Source: Eledone cirrhosa (taxonomy: Eukaryota). From it: a stretch of 64,000 nucleotides of DNA. The position numbers were made by a program, and so were the translations under genes. The stretch spans positions 5,952,001-6,016,000 of the forward strand of contig OZ024745.1 in assembly GCA_964016885.1 (NCBI GenBank). The letters are read 5' to 3'. This document shows positions 1 through 12,000 of the stretch, in pieces (within the stretch, counting starts at the first letter, position 1; each line of letters begins with the position of its first letter). The notes under the pieces were generated by a model. That model saw only the letters and a list, made by a program, of their open reading frames with translations. It had not been told where the DNA came from and made no database searches.

Positions 1-3000
1 CTAGTGTCGTGGGTTTGATTCCTGGTTTGAGGTGGTGGATGGTCTAGTGTCGTGGGTTTGATTCCTGGGTTGGGGTGGTGGGTGGTCTAGTGTCGTGTGG
101 TTGATTCCTGGTTTGAGGTGGTGGGTGGTCTAGTGTCGTGGGGTTGATTCCTGATTTCAGGTGGTGGGTGATCTAGTGTCGTGGGTTTGATTCCTGGTTT
201 GAGGTGGTGGGTGATCTAGTGTCGTGGGTTTGATTCCTATCTTGGGGTGGTGGGTGGTCTAGTGTCGTGTGTTTGATTCCTGGGTTGGGGTGGTGGGTGG
301 TCTAGTGTCGTGGGTTTGATTCCTGGGTTGGGGTGGTGGGTGGTCTAGTGTGGTGGGTTTGATTCCTGGGTTGGGGTGGTGGGTGGTCTAGTGTCGTGGG
401 GTTGATTCCTGGTTTGGGGTGGTGGGTGGTCTAGTGTCGTGGGTTTGATTCCTGGTTTGTGGTGGTGGGTGGTCTATTGTCGTTGGTTTCATTCCTGGTT
501 TGAGGTGGTGGATGGTCTAGTGTCGTGGGTTTGTTCCTGGTTTGAGGTGGTGGATGGTCTAGTGTCGTGGGTTTGTTCCTGGTTTGAGGTGGTGGATGGT
601 CTAGTGTCGTGGGTTTGTTCCTGGTTTGAGGTGGTGGATGGTCTAGTGTCTGGTGTTTGTTCCTGGTTTCAGGTGGTGGATGGTCTAGTGTCGTGGGTTT
701 GTTCCTGGTTTGAGATGGTGGATGGTCTAGTGTCGTGGGTTTGTTCCTGGTTTGAGGTGGTGGATGGTCTAGTGTCGTAGGTTTGTTCCTGGTTTGAGGT
801 GGTGGATGGTCCAGTGTCGTGGGTTTGTTCCTGGTTTGAGGTGGTGGGTGGTCTAGTGTCGTGGGTTTGTTCCTGGTTTGAGGTGGTGGGTGGTCAAGTG
901 TCGTGGGTTTGTTCCTGGTTTGAGGTGGTGGGTGGTCTAGTGTCGTGGGTTTGTTCCTGGTTTGAGGTGGTGGGTGGTCTAGTGTCGTGGGTTTGATTCC
1001 TGGTTTGAGGTGGTGGATGGTCTAGTGTCGTGGGTTTGATTCCTGGGTTGGGGTGGTGGGTGGTCTAGTGTCGTAGGTTTGATTCCTGGGTTGGGGTGGT
1101 GGGTGGTCTAGTGTCGTGGGTTTGTTCCTGGTTTGAGGTGGTGGATGGTCTAGTGTCGTGGGTTTGTTCCTGGTTCGAGGTGGTGGATGGTCTAGTTACG
1201 TGGGTTTGTTCCTGGGTTTGAGGTGGTGGGTGGTCTAGTGTCGTGGGTTTGTTCCTGGTTTGAGGTGGTGGGTGGTCTAGTGTCGTGGGTTTGTTCCTGG
1301 TTTGAGGTGGGGGGTGGTCTAGTGTCGTGGGTTTGTTCCTGGTTTGAGAAGGTGGGTGGTCTAGTGTCGTGGGTTTGATTCCTGTTTTGAGGTGGTGGAT
1401 GGTCTAGTGTCGTGGGTTTGATTCCTGGGTTGGGGTGGTGGGTGGTCTAGTGTTGTGGGTTTGATTCCTGGTTTGAGGTGGTGGGTGGTCTAGTATCGTG
1501 GGTTTGATTCCTGGGTTGGGGTGGTGGGTGGTCTAATGTCGTGGGATTGATTCCTGGTTTGATGTGGTGGGTGGTCTAGTGTCGTGGGTTTGATTCCTGG
1601 GTTGAGGTTGTGGGTGGTCTAGTGTCGTGGGTTTGATTATGGGTTGGGGTGGTGGATGGTCTAGTTTCGTGGGGTTGATTCCTGGTTTGAGGTGGTGTAT
1701 GGTCTAGTATCGTTGGTTTGATTATGGGTTGGGGTGGTGGGTGGTCTAATGTCGTGGGTTTGATTCCTGGTTTGAGGTGGTGGGTGGTCTAGTGTCTTGG
1801 GTTTGATTCCTGGGTTGAGGTTGTGGGTGGTCTAGTGTCGTGGGTTTGATTATGGGTTGGGGTGGTGGATGGTCTAGTGTCGTGGGTTTGATTCCTGGTT
1901 TGAAGTGATGGGTGGTCTAGTGTCGTGGGTATGTTCCTGGTTTGAGGTGGTGGGTGGTCTAGTGTCGTGGGGTTGATTCCTAGGTTGGGGTGGTGGGTAG
2001 TCTAGTGTCGTGGGTTTGATTCCTGGTTTGAGGTGGTGGGTGGTCTAGTGTCGTGGGGTTGATTCATGGATTGAGGTGGTGGGTGGTCTAGTGTCCTGGG
2101 TTTGATTCCTGGTTTGAGGTGGTGGGTGGTCTAGTGTCGTGGGTTTGATTCCTCGCTTGGGGTGGTGGGTGGTCTAGTGTCGTGGGTTTCATTCCTGGTT
2201 TGAGGTGGTGGGTGGTCTAGTGTAGTGGGTTGATTCCTAGGTTGGGGTGGTGGGTAGTCTAGTGTCGTGGGTTTGATTCCTGGTTTGAGGTGGTGGGTGG
2301 TCTAGTGTCGTGGGTTTGATTCCTGGTTTGAGGTGGTGGGTGGTCTAGTGTCGTGGGTTTGATTCCTGGGTTGGTGTGGTGGGTGGTCTAGTGTCGTGGG
2401 TTTGATTCCTGGTTTGAGGTGGTGGGTGGTCTAGTGTCGTGGGTTTGATTCCTGGGTTGGAGTGGTGGGTAGTCTAGTTTCGTGGGTTTGATTCCTGGGT
2501 TGGGGTGGTGGGTAGTCTAGTGTCCTGGGTTTGATTCCTGGGTTGGGGTGGTGGGTGGTCTAGTTTCGTGGGTTTGATTCCTGGGTTGGGGTGGTGGGTG
2601 GTCTAGTGTGGTGGGTTTGATTCCTGGTTTGAGGTGGTGGGTGGTCTAGTGTTGTGGGTTTGATTACTGGGTTGGGGTGGTGGGTGGTCTAGTGTCGTGG
2701 GTTTGATTACTGGGTTGGGGTGGTGGGTGGTCTAGTGTCGTTGGTTTGATTCCTGGTTTGAGGTGGTGGTTGGTCTAGTGTCGTGGGTTTGATTCCTGGG
2801 TTGGGGTGGTGGGTGGTCTAGTGTCGTGGGTTTGATTCCTGGGTTGGTGTGGTGGGTCGTCTAGTGTCGTGGGTTTTGATTCCTGGTTTGAGGTGGTGGG
2901 TGGTCTAGTGTCGTGGGTTTGATTCCTGGGTTGGGGTGGTGGGTAGTCTAGTGTCGTGGGTTTGATTCCTGGGTTGGGGTGGTGGGTAGTCTAGTGTCGT

Positions 3001-6000
3001 GGGTTTGATTCCTGGGTTGGGGTGGTGGGTGGTCTAGTGTCATGGGGTTGATTCCTGGGTTGGGGTGGTGGGTGGTCTAGTGTCGTGGAGTTGATTCCTG
3101 GTTTGAGGTGGTGGGTGGTCTAGTGTTTTGTGTTTGATTACTGGGTTGGGGTGGTCGGTGGTATAGTGTCGTGGGTTTGATTCCTGGGTTGGGGTGGTGG
3201 GTGGTCTAGTGTGGTGGGTTTGATTCCTGGTTTGAGGTGGTGGGTGGTCTAGTGTCGTGGGTTTGATTCCTGGGTTGGGGTGGTGGGTAGTCTAGTGTCG
3301 TGGGATTGATTCCTGGGTTGGGGTGGTGGGTGGTCTAGTTTCGTGGGTTTGATTCCTGGGTTGGGGTGGTGGGTGGTCTAGTGTGGTGGGTTTGATTCCT
3401 GGTTTGAGGTGGTGGGTGATCTAGTGTTTTGTGTTTGATTACTGGGTTGGGGTGGTGGGTGGTCTAATGTCGTGGGTTTGATTCCTGGGTTGGGGTGGTG
3501 GGTGGTCTAGTGTCGTTGGTTTGATTCCTGGTTTGAGGTGGTGGTTGGTCTAGTGTCGTGGGATTGATTCCTGGGTTGGGGTGGTGGGTGGTCTAGTGTC
3601 GTGGGTTTGATTCCTGGGTTGGGGTGGTGGGTGGTCTATTGTCGTGGGTTTGATTCCTGGGTTGGGGTGGTGGGTGGTCTAGTGTCGTGGGTGTGATTCC
3701 TGGGTTGGGGTGGTGGGTGGTCTAGTGTCGTTGGTTTGATTACTGGTTTGGGGTGGTGGGTGGTCTAGTGTCGTGGGTTTGATTCCTGGGTTGGGGTGGT
3801 GGGTGGTCTAGTGTCGTGGGGTTGATTCCTGGGTTGAGGTGGTGGGTGGTCTAGTGTCGTGGAGTTGATTCCTGGTTTGAGGTGGTGGGTGGTCTAGTGT
3901 CGTGGGGTTGATTCCTAGGTTGGGGTGGTGGGTAGTCTAGTGTCGTGGGTTTGATTCCTGGTTTGAGGTGGTGGGTGGTCTAGTGTGGTGGGTTAGATTC
4001 CTGGTTTGAGGTGGTGGGTGATCTAGTGTCGTGTGTTTGATTCCTGGGTGTGGGTGGTGGGTGGTCTAGTGTGTGGGTATGATTCCTGGTTTGAGGTGGT
4101 GGGTGGTCTAGTGTCGTGGGTTTGATTCCTGGGTTGGGGTGGTGGGTGGTCTAGTGTCGTGGGGTTGATTCCTGGTTTGAGGTGGTGGGTTGTCTAGTGT
4201 CGTGGGTTTGATTCCTCGTTTGGGGTGGTGGGTGGTCTAGTGTCGTGGGTTTCATTCCTGGGTTGGGGTGGTGGGTGGTCTAGTGTCGTGGGGTTGATTC
4301 CTGGTTTGAGTTGGTGGGTGATCTAGTGTCGTGGGTTTGATTCCTCGTTTGGGGTGGTGGGTGGTCTAGTGTCGTGGGTTTCATTCCTGGGTTGAGGTGG
4401 TGGGTGGTCTAGTGTCGTGGGTGGTCTAGTGTCGTGGGCGGTCTAGTGTCGTGGGTTTGATTACTGGGTTGGGGTGGTGGGTGATCTAGTGTCGTGTGTT
4501 TGATTCCTGGGTGTGGGTGGTGGGTGGTCTAGTGTGTGGGTATGATTCCTGGTTTGAGGTGGTGGGTGGTCTAGTGTCGTGGGTTTGATTCCTGGGTTGG
4601 GGTGGTGGGTGGTCTAGTGTCGTGGGGTTGATTCCTGGTTTGAGGTGGTGGGTTGTCTAGTGTCGTGGGTTTGATTCCTCGTTTGGGGTGGTGGGTGGTC
4701 TAGTGTCGTGGGTTTCATTCCTGGGTTGGGGTGGTGGGTGGTCTAGTGTCGTGGGGTTGATTCCTGGTTTGAGTTGGTGGGTGATCTAGTGTCGTGGGTT
4801 TGATTCCTCGTTTGGGGTGGTGGGTGGTCTAGTGTCGTGGGTTTCATTCCTGGGTTGAGGTGGTGGGTGGTCTAGTGTCGTGGGTTTGTTCCTGGTTTGA
4901 GGTGGGGGGTGGTCTAGTGTCGTGGGTTTGTTCCTGGTTTGAGAAGGTGGGTGGTCTAGTGTCGTGGGTTTGATTCCTGTTTTGAGGTGGTGGATGGTCT
5001 AGTGTCGTGGGTTTGATTCCTGGGTTGGGGTGGTGGGTGGTCTAGTGTCGTGGGTTTGATTCCTGGGTTGGGGTGGTGGGTGGTCTTGTGTCGTGGGTTT
5101 GTTCCTGGTTTGAGGCGGTGGGTGGTCTAGTGTCATGGGTTTGATTCCTGTGTTGGGGTGGTGGGTGGTCTAATGTCGTGGGGTTGATTCCTGGTTTGAG
5201 GTGGTGGGTGGTCTAGTGTCGTGGGTTTGATTCCTGGGTTGGGGTGGTGGGTGGTCTAGTGTTGTGGGTTTGATTCCTGGTTTGAGGTGGTGGGTGGTCT
5301 AGTATCGTGGGTTTGATTCCTGGGTTGGGGTGGTGGGTGGTCTAATGTCGTGGGATTGATTCCTGGTTTGATGTGGTGGGTGGTCTAGTGTCGTGGGTTT
5401 GATTCCTGGGTTGAGGTTGTGGGTGGTCTAGTGTCGTGGGTTTGATTATGGGTTGGGGTGGTGGATGGTCTAGTTTCGTGGGGTTGATTCCTGGTTTGAG
5501 GTGGTGGATGGTCTAGTATCGTTGGTTTGATTATGGGTTGGGGTGGTGGGTGGTCTAATGTCGTGGGTTTGATTCCTGGTTTGAGGTGGTGGGTGGTCTA
5601 GTGTCTTGGGTTTGATTCCTGGGTTGAGGTTGTGGGTGGTCTAGTGTCGTGGGTTTGATTATGGGTTGGGGTGGTGGATGGTCTAGTGTCGTGGGTTTGA
5701 TTCCTGGTTTGAAGTGATGGGTGGTCTAGTGTCGTGGGTATGTTCCTGGTTTGAGGTGGTGGGTGGTCTAGTGTCGTGGGGTTGATTCCTAGGTTGGGGT
5801 GGTGGGTAGTCTAGTGTCGTGGGTTTGATTCCTGGTTTGAGGTGGTGGGTGGTCTAGTGTCGTGGGGTTGATTCATGGATTGAGGTGGTGGGTGGTCTAG
5901 TGTCCTGGGTTTGATTCCTGGTTTGAGGTGGTGGGTGGTATAGTGTCGTGGGTTTGATTCCTCGCTTGGGGTGGTGGGTGGTCTAGTGTCGTGGGTTTCA

Positions 6001-9000
6001 TTCCTGGTTTGAGGTGGTGGGTGGTCTAGTGTAGTGGGTTGATTCCTAGGTTGGGGTGGTGGGTAGTCTAGTGTCGTGGGTTTGATTCCTGGTTTGAGGT
6101 GGTGGGTGGTCTAGTGTCGTGGGTTTGATTCCTGGTTTGAGGTGGTGGGTGGTCTAGTGTCGTGGGTTTGATTCCTGGGTTGGTGTGGTGGGTGGTCTAG
6201 TTTCGTGGGTTTGATTCCTGGTTTGAGGTGGTGGGTGGTCTAGTGTCGTGGGTTTGATTCCTGGGTTGGAGTGGTGGGTAGTCTAGTTTCGTGGGTTTGA
6301 TTCCTGGGTTGGGGTGGTGGGTAGTCTAGTGTCCTGGGTTTGATTCCTGGGTTGGGGTGGTGGGTGGTCTAGTTTCGTGGGTTTGATTCCTGGGTTGGGG
6401 TGGTGGGTGGTCTAGTGTGGTGGGTTTGATTCCTGGTTTGAGGTGGTGGGTGGTCTAGTGTTGTGGGTTTGATTCCTGGGTTGGGGTGGTGGGTGGTCTA
6501 GTGTCGTGGGTTTGATTACTGGGTTGGGGTGGTGGGTGGTCTAGTGTCGTTGGTTTGATTCCTGGTTTGAGGTGGTGGTTGGTCTAGTGTCGTGGGTTTG
6601 ATTCCTGGGTTGGGGTGGTGGGTGGTCTAGTGTCGTGGGTTTGATTCCTAGGTTGGTGTGGTGGGTCGTCTAGTGTCGTGGGTTTGATTCCTGGTTTGAG
6701 GTGGTGGGTGGTCTAGTGTCGTGGGTTTGATTCCTGGGTTGGGGTGGTGGGTAGTCTAGTGTCGTGGGTTTGATTCCTGGGTTGGGGTGGTGGGTAGTCT
6801 AGTGTCGTGGGTTTGATTCCTGGGTTGGGGTGGTGGGTGGTCTAGTGTCATGGGGTTGATTCCTGGGTTGGGGTGGTGGGTGGTCTAGTGTCGTGGAGTT
6901 GATTCCTGGTTTGAGGTGGTGGGTGGTCTAGTGTTTTGTGTTTGATTACTGGGTTGGGGTGGTGGGTGGTATAGTGTCGTGGGTTTGATTCCTGGGTTGG
7001 GGTGGTGGGTGGTCTAGTGTGGTGGGTTTGATTCCTGGTTTGAGGTGGTGGGTGGTCTAGTGTCGTGGGTTTGATTCCTGGGTTGGGGTGGTGGGTAGTC
7101 TAGTGTCGTGGGATTGATTCCTGGGTTGGGGTGGTGGGTGGTCTAGTTTCGTGGGTTTGATTCCTGGGTTGGGGTGGTGAGTGGTCTAGTGTGGTTGGTT
7201 TGATTCATGGTTTGAGGTGGTGGGTGATCTAGTGGTTTGTGTTTGATTACTGGGTTGGGGTGGTGGGTTTGATTCCTGGGTTGGGGTGGTGGGTGGTCTA
7301 GTGTCGTTGGTTTGATTCCTGGTTTGAGGTGGTGGTTGGTCTAGTGTCGTGGGATTGATTCCTGGGTTGGGGTGGTGGGTGGTCTAGTGTCGTGGGTTTG
7401 ATTCCTGGGTTGGGGTGGTGGGTGGTCTATTGTCGTGGGTTTGATTCCTGGGTTGGGGTGGTGGGTGGTCTAGTGTCGTGGGTGTGATTCCTGGGTTGGG
7501 GTGGTGGGTGGTCTAGTGTCGTTGGTTTGATTACTGGTTTGGGGTGGTGGGTGGTCTAGTGTCGTGGGTTTGATTCCTGGGTTGGGGTGGTGGGTGGTCT
7601 AGTGTCGTGGGGTTGATTCCTGGGTTGGGGTGGTGGGTGGTCTAGTGTCGTGGAGTTGATTCCTGGTTTGAGGTGGTGGGTGGTCTAGTGTCGTGGGGTT
7701 GATTCCTAGGTTGGGGTGGTGGGTAGTCTAGTGTCGTGGGTTTGATTCCTGGTTTGAGGTGGTGGGTGGTCTAGTGTGGTGGGTTAGATTCCTGGTTTGA
7801 GGTGGTGGGTGATCTAGTGTCGTGTGTTTGATTCCTGGGTGTGGGTGGTGGGTGGTCTAGTGTGTGGGTATGATTCCTGGTTTGAGGTGGTGGGTGGTCT
7901 AGTGTCGTGGGTTTGATTCCTGGGTTGGGGTGGTGGGTGGTCTAGTGTCGTGGGGTTGATTCCTGGTTTGAGGTGGTGGGTTGTCTAGTGTCGTGGGTTT
8001 GATTCCTCGTTTGGGGTGGTGGGTGGTCTAGTGTCGTGGGTTTCATTCCTGGGTTGGGGTGGTGGGTGGTCTAGTGTCGTGGGGTTGATTCCTGGTTTGA
8101 GTTGGTGGGTGATCTAGTGTCGTGGGTTTGATTCCTCGTTTGGGGTGGTGGGTGGTCTAGTGTCGTGGGTTTCATTCCTGGGTTGAGGTGGTGGGTGGTC
8201 TAGTGTCGTGGGTGGTCTAGTGTCGTGGGCGGTCTAGTGTCGTGGGTTTGATTACTGGGTTGGGGTGGTGGGTGATCTAGTGTCGTGTGTTTGATTCCTG
8301 GGTGTGGGTGGTGGGTGGTCTAGTGTGTGGGTATGATTCCTGGTTTGAGGTGGTGGGTGGTCTAGTGTCGTGGGTTTGATTCCTGGGTTGGGGTGGTGGG
8401 TGGTCTAGTGTCGTGGGGATGATTCCTGGTTTGAGGTGGTGGGTTGTCTAGTGTCGTGGGTTTGATTCCTCGTTTGGGGTGGTGGGTGGTCTAGTGTCGT
8501 GGGTTTCATTCCTGGGTTGGGGTGGTGGGTGGTCTAGTGTCGTGGGGTTGATTCCTGGTTTGAGTTGGTGGGTGATCTAGTGTCGTGGGTTTGATTCCTC
8601 GTTTGGGGTGGTGGGTGGTCTAGTGTCGTGGGTTTCATTCCTGGGTTGAGGTGGTGGGTGGTCTAGTGTCGTGGGTGGTCTAGTGTCGTGGGCGGTCTAG
8701 TGTCGTGGGTTTGATTACTGGGTTGGGGTGGTGGGTGGTCTAGTGTCGTTGGTTTGATTCCTGGTTTGAGGTGGTGGTTGGTCTAGTGTCGTGGGTTTGA
8801 TTCCTGGGTTGGGGTGGTGGGTGGTCTAGTGTCGTGGGTTTGATTCCTGGGTTGGTGTGGTGGGTCGTCTAGTGTCGTGGGTTTGATTCCTGGTTTGAGG
8901 TGGTGGGTGGTCTAGTGTCGTGGGTTTGATTCCTGGGTTGGGGTGGTGGGTAGTCTAGTGTCGTGGGTTTGATTCCTGGGTTGGGGTGGTGGGTAGTCTA

Positions 9001-12000
9001 GTGTCGTGGGTTTGATTCCTGGGTTGGGGTGGTGGGTGGTCTAGTGTCATGGGGTTGATTCCTGGGTTGGGGTGGTGGGTGGTCTAGTGTCGTGGAGTTG
9101 ATTCCTGGTTTGAGGTGGTGGGTGGTCTAGTGTTTTGTGTTTGATTACTGGGTTGGGGTGGTGGGTGGTATAGTGTCGTGGGTTTGATTCCTGGGTTGGG
9201 GTGGTGGGTGGTCTAGTGTGGTGGGTTTGATTCCTGGTTTGAGGTGGTGGGTGGTCTAGTGTCGTGGGTTTGATTCCTGGGTTGGGGTGGTGGGTAGTCT
9301 AGTGTCGTGGGATTGATTCCTGGGTTGGGGTGGTGGGTGGTCTAGTTTCGTGGGTTTGATTCCTGGGTTGGGGTGGTGGGTGGTCTAGTGTGGTGGGTTT
9401 GATTCCTGGTTTGAGGTGGTGGGTGATCTAGTGTTTTGTGTTTGATTACTGGGTTGGGGTGGTGGGTGGTCTAATGTCGTGGGTTTGATTCCTGGGTTGG
9501 GGTGGTGGGTGGTCTAGTGTCGTTGGTTTGATTCCTGGTTTGAGGTGGTGGTTGGTCTAGTGTCGTGGGATTGATTCCTGGGTTGGGGTGGTGGGTGGTC
9601 TAGTGTCGTGGGTTTGATTCCTGGGTTGGGGTGGTGGGTGGTCTATTGTCGTGGGTTTGATTCCTGGGTTGGGGTGTTGGGTGGTCTAGTGTCGTGGGTG
9701 TGATTCCTGGGTTGGGGTGGTGGGTGGTCTAGTGTCGTTGGTTTGATTACTGGTTTGGGGTGGTGGGTGGTCTAGTGTCGTGGGTTTGATTCCTGGGTTG
9801 GGGTGGTGGGTGGTCTAGTGTCGTGGGGTTGATTCCTGGGTTGGGGTGGTGGGTGGTCTAGTGTCGTGGAGTTGATTCCTGGTTTGAGGTGGTGGGTGGT
9901 CTAGTGTCGTGGGGTTGATTCCTAGGTTGGGGTGGTGGGTAGTCTAGTGTCGTGGGTTTGATTCCTGGTTTGAGGTGGTGGGTGGTCTAGTGTGGTGGGT
10001 TAGATTCCTGGTTTGAGGTGGTGGGTGATCTAGTGTCGTGTGTTTGATTCCTGGGTGTGGGTGGTGGGTGGTCTAGTGTGTGGGTATGATTCCTGGTTTG
10101 AGGTGGTGGGTGGTCTAGTGTCGTGGGTTTGATTCCTGGGTTGGGGTGGTGGGTGGTCTAGTGTCGTGGGGTTGATTCCTGGTTTGAGGTGGTGGGTTGT
10201 CTAGTGTCGTGGGTTTGATTCCTCGTTTGGGGTGGTGGGTGGTCTAGTGTCGTGGGTTTCATTCCTGGGTTGGGGTGGTGGGTGGTCTAGTGTCGTGGGG
10301 TTGATTCCTGGTTTGAGTTGGTGGGTGATCTAGTGTCGTGGGTTTGATTCCTCGTTTGGGGTGGTGGGTGGTCTAGTGTCGTGGGTTTCATTCCTGGGTT
10401 GAGGTGGTGGGTGGTCTAGTGTCGTGGGTGGTCTAGTGTCGTGGGCGGTCTAGTGTCGTGGGTTTGATTCCTGGGTTGGGGTGGTGGGTAGTCTAGTGTC
10501 GTGGGTTTGATTCCTGGGTTGGGGTGGTGGGTGGTCTAGTTTCGTGGGTTTGATTCCTGGGTTGGGTTGGTGGGTGGTCTAGTGTGGTGGGTTTGATTCC
10601 TGGTTTGAGGTGGTGGGTGGTCTAGTGTCGTGGGTTTGATTCCTGGGTTGGGGTGGTGGGTGGTCTAGTGTGGTGCGTTTGATTCCTGGGTTGGGGTGGT
10701 GAGTGGTCTAGTGTCGTTGGTTTGATTCCTGGTTTGAGGTGGTGGGTGGTCTAGTGTCGTGTGTTTGATTCCTGGGTTGGGGTGGTGGGTGGTCTAGTGT
10801 CGTGCGTTTGATTCCTGGGTTGGGGTGGTGAGTGGTCTAGTGTCGTTGGTTTGATTCCTGGTTTGAGGTGGTGGGTGGTCTAGTGTCGTGTGTTTGATTC
10901 CTGGGTTGGGGTGGTGGGTGGTCTAGTGTCGTGGGTTTGATTCCTGGGTTGGGGTGGTGGGTGGTCTAGTGTCGTGGGTTTGATTCCTGGGTTGGGGTGG
11001 TGGGTGGTCTAGTGTCGTGCGTTTGATTCCTGGGTTGGGGTGGTGGGTGGTCTAGTGTCGTGGGTTTGATTCCTGGGTTGGGGTGGTGGGTGGTCTAGTG
11101 TCGTGGGTTTGATTCCTGGGTTGGGGTGGTGGGTGGTCTAGTGTCGTGGGTTTGATTCCTGGGTTGGGGTGGTGGGTGGTCTAGTGTCGTGCGTTTGATT
11201 CCTGGGTTGGGGTGGTGAGTGGTCTAGTGTCGTTGGTTTGATTCCTGGTTTGAGGTGGTGGGTGGTCTAGTGTCGTGTGTTTGATTCCTGGGTTGGGGTG
11301 GTGGGTGGTCTAGTGTCGTGGGTTTGATTCCTGGGTTGGGGTGGTGGGTGGTCTAGTGTCGTGGGTTTGATTCCTAGGTTGGGGTGGTGGGTAGTCTAGT
11401 GTCGTGGGTTTGATTCCTGGTTTGAGGTGTTGGGTTGTCTAGTGTCGTGGGGTTGATTCCTGGGTTGGGGTGGTGGGTGGTCCAGTGTCGTGGTGTTGAT
11501 TCCTGGGTTGAGGTGGTGGGTGGTCTAGTGTCGTGGGTTTGATTCCTGGTTTGAGGTGGTGGGTGGTCTAGTGTCGTGGGGTTGATTCATGGTTTGAGGT
11601 GGTGGGTGGTCTAGTGTCCTGGGTTTGATTCCTGGTTTGAGGTGGTGGGTGGTCTAGTGTCGTGGGTTTGATTCCTCGCTTGGGGTGGTGGGTGGTCTAG
11701 TGTCGTGGGTTTCATTCCTGGTTTGAGGTGGTGGGTGGTCTAGTGTAGTGGGTTGATTCCTAGGTTGGGGTGTTGGGTAGTCTAGTGTCGTGGGTTTGAT
11801 TCCTGGGTTGGTGTGGTGGGTGGTCTAATGTCGTGGGTTTGATTCCTGGGTTGGGGTGGTGGGTGGTCTAGTGTTGTGGGTTTGATTCCTGGGTTGGGGT
11901 GGTGGGTAGTCTAGTGTCCTGGGTTTGATTCCTGGGTTGGGGTGGTGGGTGGTCTAGTGTCGTGGGTTTGTTCCGGGTTTGAGGTGGTGGGTGGTCTAGT

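Noticed and set aside
439-996. ORFs with 14-aa repeats (also 27505..27729 and 29258..29482)
   Set aside because: By-products of 42-bp monomers or point variants removing stop codons in the satellite.
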